Assembly (NCBI GenBank): GCA_039621445.1
Contig: CP154954.1
Span: 9,240,634-9,304,633 of the forward strand
Reading direction: 5' to 3'
Source of the DNA: Euglena gracilis
Lineage: Eukaryota
DNA: 64,000 nucleotides
The notes under the pieces are model-generated. The model was not told the DNA's origin. It saw only the letters and a program-made list of their open reading frames with translations, and made no database searches. The position numbers and the translations under genes are program-made. Positions 13,401-25,543 of the stretch are shown piece after piece. Within the stretch, counting starts at the first letter, position 1, and each line of letters opens with the position of its first letter.

Positions 13401-16400
13401 AATGTGCCGGTATTCCTATTTTCCAATTTCTAGAAAACGAGGTAGTTGGAACATGCTGAAAAAAGATCTTTTCATTCCTTCCCTTTCCTGGTCTCCCTGT
13501 ATTTACCATGCTTGAGACAACAACAAAAACAACTGAAGCTTCTGGACACTGCAGCGGGCTGCTGACAAGGCACCCAACCCACTTGGGGACACCATGACTC
13601 AAAAAAAAAGAAATATCTGCAACCTCCTAGCCCAACCTCACCCCCGGCAGAACGAGCCATGCAGCTGAGAGGTCACACCGCCCACCTGAGAGGGACTAAA
13701 AGCGACCACAACTGCTTCTTGGGGACAGGCATCCGGGGGGGGGGGACTTGGGGCACCAAATGAAGGTCAAGCAACACTGTGAAGAACAGTGCTTATGAGA
13801 AAAATATAATTCACTGCTAATTTGTCCATGTCATCATAATTTCTGCTGCTGTGCTGCTGGTGGTGGTGGTGGTAATGTTGGCGGCAGGTGTTGGCGGTTG
13901 GCGGCGGACATCGGTGGAAGGTGCCCCCCCAACTCATTCTCACGAGTCATTTTAAAACAAACCATAGCGGGTGAATGCCTGGAAACAATCCGCAAAACGG
14001 TTGAGATGCCACAGGACATTGGCTTGACGGTGTGTACATAGGTATATACAGGCGATGGTGTCGCGGCCGGTGTGCCGGCAGCCCATTTGGACAGAGGGGA
14101 GAGGCAGGCCATTACCACGTCCACTATTGAGCTGACAGGCATTGGGATGGAAAAGTCAACCATATGTCACCAAATCAGGCTTCGGAAGTTTCCAAAATAT
14201 CAAAAATTCAAAACACACATAAGATAATTCCAACTTGAGCCACCTTTAAAAAAGATGTGTGAGGACCGGGGGGGGTGGCTCTTGGACAAAGGGGGGAGGT
14301 AAGAACTCCATGATATGAAGCAAACAAGATTAACACAAATGGCCACTTTCCATACCATTATTCTTCGCCTCGCTTCGCGTTGGTATTCTGCCCATTCAGC
14401 TGAAAGAATCAAATCTTTGTACCTTTTTTTTGCACAAAATCCCATCAAACATTTCTCCTCCTTGCTTCCCACACTTCTTTCGGTGCAACTGTTTCTTCAA
14501 AACTTGAGCTCCTTTTGCACCTCCTTCCAGCACCTGCGTTCATTCTTTTGCATTTCATTTCTTGTGTGGAACCCTTTCAAGGAATGCCGGTTGGAATCAC
14601 TGCTGACTTTCCAGTGGACTCTCTTCCACCTGCCAATCGGGAATTCGGTCAGATCTTGGCTACCTTGCCTGGTTTCCAGCTGGTGGGTTCCACGAACAAA
14701 CAGCAAAACGAAAGGGAAAAAAAGGCCCGTGCTTGTGGTGTGCGCTCCTGCTGGCAAAGGAGCCACCGCCCGGCCCACGAAAAGGCACACGGGGCCATTT
14801 CCCCCCGCGGCCATCGCGCAGTCCGCCGTCACACACGGCCCCAGGGCTGAACGGGAACGCCAGGGGGGGGGATTGTCGACGCCCCACAAGGTGGATGGGG
14901 GGGACCCTTGTGAGCAGAAAAGTGGCTGCGTGCCAAGCTGGGCAAGGGAAGGGCGGCAAGGTTGTACGGGGGGGGGGGACCAAAATTTTCCTCCCTGGCA
15001 CTTCTTGCTGCAGGACATATGGACTTTTCCCCCCGAGCCCTTCAAAGATAGCCGTCGAATTCACGAGTTCAAAGCCCCCAAAATTTTCAAACGATTTTGT
15101 GCTGGCGGTGGCCTTGGCTGAGCCCCCCCCCCAGGAGTTCCCCCTCAGTTGCACTCACGCTTCTTGTCTGTTCATGGCCGGCGCTAAATTCGCTTCTGGC
15201 CCAGTTTGCTGTGTCGTGTGGTCCCTTCAATTGCCCCCCCCCCCCCGGGCCACCTTCAATTGTGGTCTGGGGGGTGCCCTGACGGGGGTGCAGGCGCCAA
15301 AGGACAATTTTGATTTTAGGTAAAAAGAAATGGGGGGACAGGATGGGAAGGTGGGGAGTGTCAGGCCGCCCCGCACCCACACCTGTCTCCTCCCCGGGTT
15401 GTCGACTCCGACGTGACAGGTCCGCCGGCGCCATCCGGGTTGGCCACCGCCCGGCCAGCCCCGGTCGGCCCCGCCGTTGCTATGTACGGGCCGGGGTGTA
15501 CGCGGGGGGCGCTACCCTGCGGCAGCGCCGTCGACGTCCCAGTCGGCTGGCCCAGCAGGGGCGGCGGTGGGGCCCCGGGCGGGTTGGGGGGAGGGGGCAG
15601 GCAGACCAGGTACCCCCCCCTTGTCGTACGACCGGGTTCCTGCAACCTGTGACCGGGGGGGGGGGGTCATAACACCCCCATAACCTGCAACCTGTGACCG
15701 GGGGGTGGTCGTAAATGAGGGGTGGTCGTACGACTAGGGGGGGGGGGTACCTCCCGCACACCCCCCCCCTGTTGCACTGGGGCTTCTTGTCCGTTCATGG
15801 CCGGCGCCAACTTGGCTTCCGGCCCAGTTTGCGGTGTGCCCTGAAATGGGCACAAATTGGCCGAAAAATGGCCGTAACTCGGGCTAAACGAAGAGTTGGG
15901 GGAAAAGGAAACCATGGTTGGATAGGGCATTCCAAGGGCTTCATTTTTGCTTTCCGGACATTTTCTTTGATTTTGCTTCACTGTCAAGACATTTTGGAAA
16001 AACTGATTTTTTTGACCCAAAAACGGCCCAAAAAACGGTGAGTGGCCAGGCCTTACACCAGTGCTCTTGTGTTGCTCCCCCTGGCCGGGGGAGCAACTCA
16101 GGTGGAATTCCAGCGCTGTGGGGACATGCACTCACCTTGCGTGGTTGGTGTGGTTCCCGTGGGTGGGTCAACACCCTTGCCTTCGCCCCCCCCCCCCCAG
16201 CGCTGGACCCGGGGGCTGAAGGTAATGATTGGCATGACTGAAAGGAAAGGCCGAGGGGACCACTTTAGGGGGCCAAGTGTGTGTGCATGGTAAGATTAAA
16301 TAAAGATAAAATAAAAATTATAAAATATAAAATGAAGATAAGTAAAAAATTCTTGACATGCGCACTTGGAGGGCCGTGCGCAAAACAAGCCAGAAACCTT

Positions 16401-19400
16401 AAAATGGGGATCAAGATCGCGAGTGAAGGCTGGAGGCCAACTTTAGGGGGACCAAGTTTACATGTAAGGAGGGGGCAAGTCCGGGGGGGAGGGGCCTCAA
16501 ATGGGGGAGCAGGGAATGCTGGACTTGTCCAACCAATGAAAAAAAGACGGCAAAATTAGCGGGAAAATCCGGACACAAAAAAGGGTGCTGTTTAGCGACG
16601 CAGGGAGGTCCAGCTCAGGGGCTGGGAAAAGGCAGCTGAGTGAGTGACTGGGTGGGCTGAATCCCCCTGTCCCTTCTGTGGGGGTCCACAGCTGAAACTA
16701 GGCCCGACCAAGGGGTCGAACTATATGGAAAAAAAGTAACAAACTGCGAAAACCCTGGGGAAAAAACTGCCTGTGATGCAAAAAAAAAGTTCTTCCACCA
16801 AAAATTTAAGCTTCTGGGACAAATTTTCGCCTATTTTAACCCGTTTTTTTAATCATTTGTAGACTCATCAGCAGACACGTTGCTATTTTTTAAAAAAGCA
16901 AGTTGTAATGTGAACAAAACCAAAATTTCCACATTTAATTCTGAATGTGCGTTCAAGGGATGCTGGGGCAGGATGGAGCACGAACTTTGAACGCCTTCTG
17001 TCCCAAAGCCTGCTGCTTGTAAGGGAAAAACCACCCGAGGGTAACAGTGGGGCGGGGCAGAAAAGGGGGTCAGAAGGGAAGACAGCTGGCATCGAGGCGA
17101 GGTCAGAAAGCCGCCCACAACGGTGCGATGGGTGTGCTGGTCGGGGTGGGGTGAGAGGAGGAGGAGGCTGGCTGGGGGGAAGGGGGGCTTGAAATGATGG
17201 CCCATTGGAGGGAGGCCTGCCATGTACCCCCCGGAGGGGGCTTAAAATTCAGCCTGGGCGCAATCTGAAGGAAATGAGATGGGAGCACAAAAGTGCCAAA
17301 AAAAATAGGACACCCAAAATCAAACTCATATACTTCAGCAATTTGAAAGTTTATTTTCATTTGCTGATTTGATATTTAGTAATCTTAAAACAAAGAAATC
17401 AAAAATTATGAATTGAAATATGAAATAAACAAAAGATAAATAACTCATCTTACAAAATATGTCAACGAGCAAAACAAGGCACACCCATCAATGCAGAGGC
17501 AGAGGATAAAAAAGGTTAACAATAAGGTCAGCAATAACCAAAGATGGCACGCTGGGAGGGCGTTGGAAACTTGGCAACCGGTGCAATCCGAGAATCCTCT
17601 GTTTCATTGACATACACACAGAAAGAGAAATATTCCAATCCTGGGAAATTGTTGCAATGCACGACGCAGATGATAATCACTTCAGTAGGGTCAATGGACC
17701 AGGGAAAGGAAACAATTTGTAGGTTGAGTGGCGAAAGACATATTCCCGGTAGGATTTCAGGAGCCAGCCACACCCCTTGTATGAACCAGGTCCCAAAAAA
17801 CCCACCGACCAGCAGTCCACCCTTTCCAACCTGTGGGACCAACCTGGAACAGGAAAATGACGTGGGAGGTGGCAAAAGTAAGCAGGCAAATTTAAAAACA
17901 AAGTTTTAGTCTTGCAACCCCATGAGCCGGCACTTGACCATTTCGGCAGCCCACATCCGCCCTGCAGAATCCCGAAACTACTCCAAAACTCAGAAAACAA
18001 TTGTTCAGAATTTTCGGCTCAAATAATAGCGGCCGCGCTGTACCCTTTGCATCGTCGGAACAAACGCCGACCGTCGTCACGTAGCCATCGAATTAGGCAT
18101 CAACAATGAGGAAGCAGGTCAGTCCGGGAGAAGGCGGGGTCAGCAGGGGCTGAGGCGCACCGTTGCTGACTGGTCGTTTCCCCACTTCCAAAGCAAAGTC
18201 AGTCACTTCTCGCACCAGTCACTCACTTCAAACTCTTTTGGGGGAAGTCCCAGTCACTCAGACCACTCAGACGCCAGCGCCTTTCATTTCCGACTATTGG
18301 CGAGCCATGCCTGATTGCATTTTCGCGAATGACTGATTGGTTGTTTTTTTTGGCTCCAGCCCCCCCCCCCGGGATGGGGAGCATATTTAGGCATTGGAGT
18401 CAGACACACACACACACAAAAGCAGGGTTGATGAGAAGGCCACACTGGTGGGGCTGATGAAACCCCCATCCACAATGGAAACACCCAAGGAATTTTTGAC
18501 CTCAAAATCAACGAGGGTGGTGCGGGGGGGGGGTCCTCCACCCACCAAAAAACACCATTTGGTTCTGGCACAGAGCAATGGACGGGCTGAGGGAAAGCCA
18601 AGACCGGCGTGGGGGCACCCCTGGGGCACTCCGGGAAGTATGAAAAGGGAGAGGGGGGCCCCTCTGGCTCGGCTTTGCTCCAGCCGGGGGTCAGGGGGCT
18701 ATTTAATGGCATAACGGCGGCTGGGCTGCGGCCTCTGGTAACATGGTGAGAAATCTTGAAGCAGCTGTGTGGGCCTAAAGTGCGTAAGCACACACACACA
18801 CACACACACACACACATGCACACACACACACATGCACGCACATACACACACGACGTGCACACCACACGCGCACACACACACGCACACGCACACGCACACG
18901 CACACGCACACGCACACGCACACGCACACGCACACGCACATGCACACACCAGCACGCACGCAGACACGCATACACACACCCACACGCACGCAGACACACA
19001 TGCACGCACGCACGCACGCACACGCGCGCATGCACACACACAAAGTGAAGGTGCCATGCCCGTGTATGCATATGAGAGCACGCATGTACATAAAAGGACC
19101 AAAACCATTCCCACCAGCAGTGGCATCACACCCTTTGTGCATTCACCCAGGCGCCGTTAAAGAACTGCTCTAACGCAGTCACGATGATGGTAGTCACCAT
19201 ACCTCCTCCGGCGAAAGTTTCTTACCTGCCAAATACGACCCGACTGCTTTCTTTCGTAATACTTCATCCAACCACAAAAAGGTGGAAGCAAAAAAGGAGA
19301 AAAACTGAACAAGGTTGGACAAATTCAAAAAAAAAATTGGGAAACAAAAAGGAAAACTACATGCGGTCGACATAAACATCTGTCATTCAGTCTGGTCATA

Positions 19401-22400
19401 TCAGCAGCTTTGAAACTGTGTACTGAGAATTTTGGTTGTGGATAGACAACTAACTTGGATGAAGCCAGCCCAATAATTTGAAAAATTTTGAACACAACCA
19501 GCAATATAAACAACAAACAGGTTTCATTTACCCCCCACCCAAAAAACTTGATTAACAAATGTTTCTCTTGCACCAACACAAAAGGAGTGGCCGGCTACCA
19601 AAGGCCGCATGGAAAGGGTCTTTCCCACCAACCAGGGACGTGTTCAACACGTGGTGGACGTGTGACCCAGGCTGAGGAACGCTCCGAACAAGGAATAGCC
19701 CTATTTAATGAGTTCACGTGTGTTTTTCCAGAAAAAAAAACCAACGCCAGAGAATTGGGTGAGATGATGAATGGGAGAAACAAGATAAGCAATCCAATAG
19801 ATGATGACAATGACGATGATGATGTCTGGGTATCCTGTCGATGCAGATGAAAATGCTGTCCTGGATCTCGGAGTGGATGTCGGGTGATCTTTTGCGGGTA
19901 TTGCCCAGCGTGGGATCAACGGCAGATGGACCGCGGGCTAACGCTGTTGAGATGTGAGCGCACAAGTTCTTACCAACCCGGGGGGGTCACTTCCACACTT
20001 CCAAAACCCAGTCATTCATGCTGGGGGAAAAAACAAAATCAGGCCCCCGGGGGGGTCAGGCAGTAGTGACAGAGGGTTTGCATGGACGTGCGACAGCCGG
20101 GGCCACGGCGGGTGGGGGGGGGGGAGGGGGTCGTCGCCGTCGAGGCCCGGGCAGGGCCGTGGGGCGGTGGGCGCTGACGGATCGCCCGGCACGCCGCACC
20201 GGAGACCTTCCCCCCGGAGGGCAGTGTGGCTGGGGAGGCCGGATGGGGTCGGAGGGGTGGGGAGGGGGCTGGTTGGGCCGGGGGCTGGGGGGGGGGGGGA
20301 GGGGCAGAATGGGAACCGGAGCGAGGGGATTGGGGTTTGGGGACATTGTTGCGGCTTGCAAAGCGATCCGGGACCCGGCGCTCTCAAGCACCGGCAACAT
20401 AGCCTGACAGAATTGACAAAAACACTGCCCCGGAAATGGGCGCCAGCGGGAGGCAAACAGCCATAACCCTCCATATTAGCCGTGCACATTAGCCGTAAAG
20501 TTAGGCCTAAGGTTTCAGCCGCATTCCATCAATAAGGCCCTGCCTACCCCCCCCCCCGGGAAACTGTCACCTGACAGGTTGGCCAGTACCGGGGACCCTG
20601 ACAACTTCCTATCATGACAGGTTGGCCGGTACCAGGGACCCCGACAATTTCCCGGGTAGGGCATTTCAAGGGAAAGTCAATAAAAAAAATGACCCTGACA
20701 GGTTGGCCGGTACCGGGGACCCTGACAGTTTCCCGGGCGGGAGCCTGACAGGTTCTCGGGCATGACAGTTTCCCGGGGGGGGGGTACCCTATTCCATCCA
20801 AAACACAAAATACATCCTTATGCCAGGTTCATTATTCGCTAGCCTGCCATCTTCCTATCTATCCAATCTATCCTATCTATCCAATCTATCCACCAATCTA
20901 TCGACCTACCTAGCGATCCGTCGGCCTATTTCTCTACACGCAATTTGTTTCCCCCAGCCCAAGACTCCGAAGTCCATGAAAAACCACAACACCAGTCCAA
21001 CCTTCTTGCTTGGTGAATTGCCGAGTTGGTGCCAGTGGGTCGGGGTGATCCTTCTGACATTCCCATTCTGGCCGGAAGGGTGGGGGGGGATTGTAGGTGA
21101 TGCTGATAGGTGGCGACACCAGCAATGGGCTTGGGGTATAGTTTTTTCGGTGACTGTTTTAAAATTGCTGAAAAACATTGTACCCAGGAAATGATTAGGA
21201 GTGGGCATGGGAATAAGAAGGTGGATGTGGATAGAGGTTTGGGCAGGGCAAGGAGCTCCATATCCATATCCAACAGTGAACATTCTAAGGAAGGCAGGGG
21301 GACTACAACGTACAACACGGACTCTCGAAAAATCTATGCAGAAAAATGCAGAAAAATGTCAAAAAAACCCAATTAAATCAAAAAAAGTTGCATGCAAACT
21401 TTTTTAGGAGTTCCCCGGGGATGTAAACCCCCCCACCTATAAATCCCCCACGTATAAACCCCCCCCCCTCGGGCTGACCAACCAAACCGGGACCTATAAC
21501 CCCCCCGGGAAGAAAAATGAAAACCGCCGGGGACTTTTTTCGGCCGCAAACCACCCAAAAACGGATTTTTTGGCAATTTTTTGAGACCGACCATCATCGA
21601 AAATGCCTTTTTTGAACTTGGAAATTTTGCATCTCATGGGGGATTTTTTCGTCAGGCAACATCATATTGATATGCATTTGATTCACTTTTGGGAACATAC
21701 TGATTTTGAAAAGAATTTTGTTGGCCAAAACATCCAAAATGAAAAAACTTGACACAACGTTTGGTTTCAGAGAAAAAAAAGGGCTGAAATGTGGAATTTT
21801 TAAGTCTGGAAAAAAAAAGATTAAAATCATTTCTTCCACGTCTGAAAAAAAAATTTCAAGCAAACATTGCAAACTCGCCAGGAAAGAGAACAAAAAAACC
21901 ACAAAAATACACAAAAAGAAACCACAAAACCAATTTTGCCGAAATAAAAAAAATAACAAAACCGCGACCCCCCAGAAAGGTCGGGGTCACTCCCTGCTGC
22001 AGAACAAAGTTCTCAACGCTCACAAAATGCAGGCTTCTGATACATATTAAGCGCCGATGTGGGCATTATGGCAGTATGACTGATGTTTCCTGGCCGCACC
22101 ATACCTTGCTTGCGGGGTTTGGGGGGGGGCACTGACACACCGCATTATGCAATTAGAGTTTCCAGATGTGCACATGTGTGCATGCATCCTCAGCAGGGCG
22201 TTGGTTAAGGAACCCCCCGGGGTCCAGCTCAGAGGCTGGAAAATTTGGGCTGGCTGGAAAAAGGCTGCTGGCTGACCCCCCTCCCTCCCCATAGAGGGGT
22301 CTCGGGCTGGAGCTGGCCCAACCCAGGTCGAACGGAGTGCCAAAAAAAATGAAATTACAAAAATGCCAAAAAAAACTACTAATTGGAATTGGATTGCGTG

Positions 22401-24170
22401 CCTGAGTCCACAGGCCTGGGGCAGTCCATAACAGGTGGTCTTCGCTGAAAAGAAAAGGCAAACATCCCCCTTGGACTGCTCTGGTTTGCACGGGTGGCAA
22501 CCACCAATCCTGGACTCACAGGAAGGGTTTCCATTCGCCCCCCCAACCTCAGGGCTAACCAACAGACACGTCGGGAAGCCCACCGCCAGGACGTGTCACC
22601 GCCTGTTGTTCGGGGGACCAGGACGGAGAGGTGTAGGCCCGACCTAGGGCGGGGGGAACAGCGAGGGGTCCGCCGCACCCCCATCGCTGAGGTCCCCACG
22701 AAGTGGAGCGCGGGCAGAACCCCCCGGGGGGGGGGGGGACGCCATTCTTAATTACCAAACGTGAAGTAGTGGTCATACCAATTGTAGTAATGCCAAGAAA
22801 TAGCACCAATGAGCCAGAGCGGGATAGCAGGCACTATGACAGTGCTGTGTCTCAAGTTGCAAAGTAGCCACCAACCATTCCCCCACTTAGAATCCCCCTT
22901 CGCACCCTTCGTCTGACCAACCCAGAGCCTATGTGTCCGTTCCCACACGCATCTACAGAAGAAAATAGCGGGTTGCAGCTGGGGGTGAAATAAAAGAGGT
23001 GAACACCAGGATGATATTGATATCTGATATCAATCTAATATTGGGGGTCCACTGTCAAACTTGTAGGCATACACATGAAGAAAAAAAACACAGCAATCTC
23101 TCACCAAATCAGGCTCAAGAGCTCCTACCAGGCTTCTTTTTAAGACCCCCGGGGGGGGGTCCCCCCCCACCCACCCAGGGTGGCGCGAGACCCCCCCCCC
23201 GGGGGGGACCCCCCAAAATCGGGCCCGTTAAAGGCAATTTTCAAAAAATTTCGGCGCTTAGCCGAAAATATACCCAGCGCCTCCGGCGTGGGACCCCCCC
23301 CCCGGGGGGGTCCGGCCCGGACCCACCCACCCACCCCCCCCCCGGGGGGGTCTCCTGACTTGAAAAGAAGCCTGGCTCCGACGTTGTCTGAATTTTCGAC
23401 ACATATCACGAAAGCACACACATACACACACAAAAGGCTCTCCGAGAAGATGACCTTTAAAAGAAAAACGGTAGGGGGGAGTTGTGTGGACCGGGGGGGA
23501 GACTAATCGGAGGGGTCAAAACTCTGCAGCCCCTCCCCAGCGCAACCTTACGACCTCAGCGCGCTCAGCAATGGCGGGGCCAAAGTTGCAGTGGGGGAGG
23601 GTGGGGGAGCCCCGTCTCAGGGACTCCGTGTCGAGGGGGGGGGTCGCCTGCGCTGCATGCTGCCGCAGCCAGGGCGCCGCTGACGAGGACCCACTCCAGA
23701 AGCTGGGCCGGCGGAAAGGCAACTGGCGGGGGTTTGCTGTTCTCCGGTTTGAATCTGGGTGGGAGCTCCCCGGTCAGCCATTCACCTGCGACGCCTCATC
23801 TTTCTTTTTTGAAAGCTGTCCCGCGTCTTCATTTGGCTTTAGCGTTTTAACATTCCGGGCTGCTGGCAATTCCGTTTCCCGTGGGTTTCAGCATTTGCCG
23901 AGTGAAACCCTGAATGAAAACAACGAGCTGTGAAGAGACTCGTCGTCTCAAATGATGTCGGGGCATAATGTCCTTGAGATTTAATTCTATAATTTGATTT
24001 GATTCAATTCGGTAAATTCGGCCCCAAAGGAACGGTGTGCTTTGGTGCTCTGGCGGCCGGATGAAGCCGCCGATGCTCAGGCGCCGCCCTGGCCCCGGAC
24101 GGAGGGGGTGGAGGTGGTGGTTGTCAGGGGACTCCAGCCTCGCCGCGGTTATAACGGAAGGGAATAGCGC
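10440..24170 (-). CDS. Scattered candidate low-complexity exons (possibly the C-terminal part of the hydrolase gene or the N-terminal part of the EF-hand gene)
   Basis: GC-rich islands such as 23640-23720 (PFRRPSFWSGSSSAAPWLRQH), 20130-20260, 15400-15560, 14050-14160 (FSIPMPVSSIVDVVMACLSPLSKW), 13840-13930, 12800-13000 and 10460-10550. No homology recognised and junctions not verified. Confidence 0.3.
15611..15749. mobile_element. TA-flanked MITE (Tc1/mariner-like)
   Basis: TA-CCCCCCCCTTGTCGTACGACC ... GGTCGTACGACTAGGGGGG-TA. Partial copies at about 56808-56915 and 6460-6520. Confidence 0.7.
18788..19042. repeat. (CA)n/(CACACG)n microsatellite
   Basis: Direct inspection. Confidence 0.95.
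20545..20786. mobile_element. TA-flanked MITE with internal tandem repeats
   Basis: TA-C(n)GGGAAACTGTCA ... TGACAGTTTCCCG(n)-TA with repeated CTGACAGGTTGGCCGGTACCGGGGACC units. Another copy at 38182-38351 and a partial one at about 63910-64000. Confidence 0.75.
23129..23374. mobile_element. hAT-like MITE
   Basis: TIR CAGGCTTCTTTT/AAAAGAAGCCTG. TSD GCTCCTAC/GCTCCGAC (7/8). Confidence 0.8.
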
Positions 24171-25543
24171 GTCTGGCGGAGAGAGAGTTGTCGGGGGAAT
24201 GAAGAGGTCACAAAGTTACAAAATGCAAAAAAAAATGCAAAAAAATCCATAAATATGGCAACCAACAACAAAATGTTTTTCCAGGGCAAAATATTTTATG
24301 TAGAAAATGCAAAAACATGCAAAACAATTCAAAACATATGGCAACCAACTACAAAAATTTTTCCGGGGAAAATATTTTTATGCAAAAAAACGCAAATTAT
24401 GCAAGTTGCATTTCCCCCCCCTGCACAAACCCTTTCTATCGTCAGGGAGCGACCTGAGGTCAAAATTCAATTGTGTATGTGGGCAGCACGAAACCGATTT
24501 ACGCAATGTATTTCCCCACCAAGCCTGCACACTGGCCGTTCAGAGTGGGCCCCCAAGACACCGTAACACATCAGAGGGACTCCCATAAGCTCTGGGGCTT
24601 CTGTTATACATTGCGCTTAAGCGCAAATGTTTTAACTTGCGCTCAAGCGCAAGGTAAAACTATTGTGCTTAAGCCCAATGTCCATAAACATTGCCTTCTG
24701 TTCCCGGCAGTGTGGGGCCTGGCGTTGCTCACGTTGGGACAGGTCCCTGGGCTTGCCCTCAATCCCCCCAACCCCCCCCCCACGTGGGTGGCTCCAGCTG
24801 TACCGCTCTTCGCACTTCAAGCACCCGGGGATCACAACTGTGTGCCATGCCGTTCTTTTCAAACTTTTCACAACGTGTATGTAGAGTCCACCCTCTGGAT
24901 GCCTCAGCAGGCAACCCTTCACGGACACATCGCAGAGCCCAAAAAAAGCAACAAAAAGCCAAGTTTCTCCCACCTGTGTAGCACCACCTGGGGAACACAG
25001 TCAAGGCTTCAAAAACGAGGGACTCGCAACGGGGGTTTTGGCCCATTTTTGGGAAAATTCACGTGTTCCGGTATTTAAACCCAGGGTTTTGAACCTTTTT
25101 CAAAATGGTGCACAGGCTGAAAAACACCAAAATTGGGCCTGTTCCCCAGGTCTCAACATTGGCAAATGATGCACACGCCACCGTGGAGGGTCTCCGCGGA
25201 ACCAGAGGGTCAAAAGGGTGGGTTTCACCGCTGGGTTTCAAAAAGTTTGGAAATTTGTGCCAAAGCGCAAGCTAAACATCAAAAACCTTAAATGCGAGTT
25301 TGGCCGCCTAAGTATTTGGACCTGTGGGTAATATTGGTGCGACCACCCGGGTCGCAAACCACCTGCAACGAAACCCAAGCCCCCCCCATGCTGGTGTAGA
25401 CGCCGCCACAACAACCTGAAGCTGTTTGTCTGGGGAAAAAAATCCTACTGGCGGTAGTGCTCAAAACTCGTACGTTTGGGGGAGGCCGCACACCGTAATT
25501 CCATCGGCTTACACCCGCGCGCTGGGGGCGGCGGTCCACTGCA

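Noticed and set aside
20545-20786. CRISPR-like repeated units (CTGACAGGTTGGCC...)
   Set aside because: No unique spacers of regular length and no cas genes. The context is eukaryotic, and the units are internal repeats of a TIR element.
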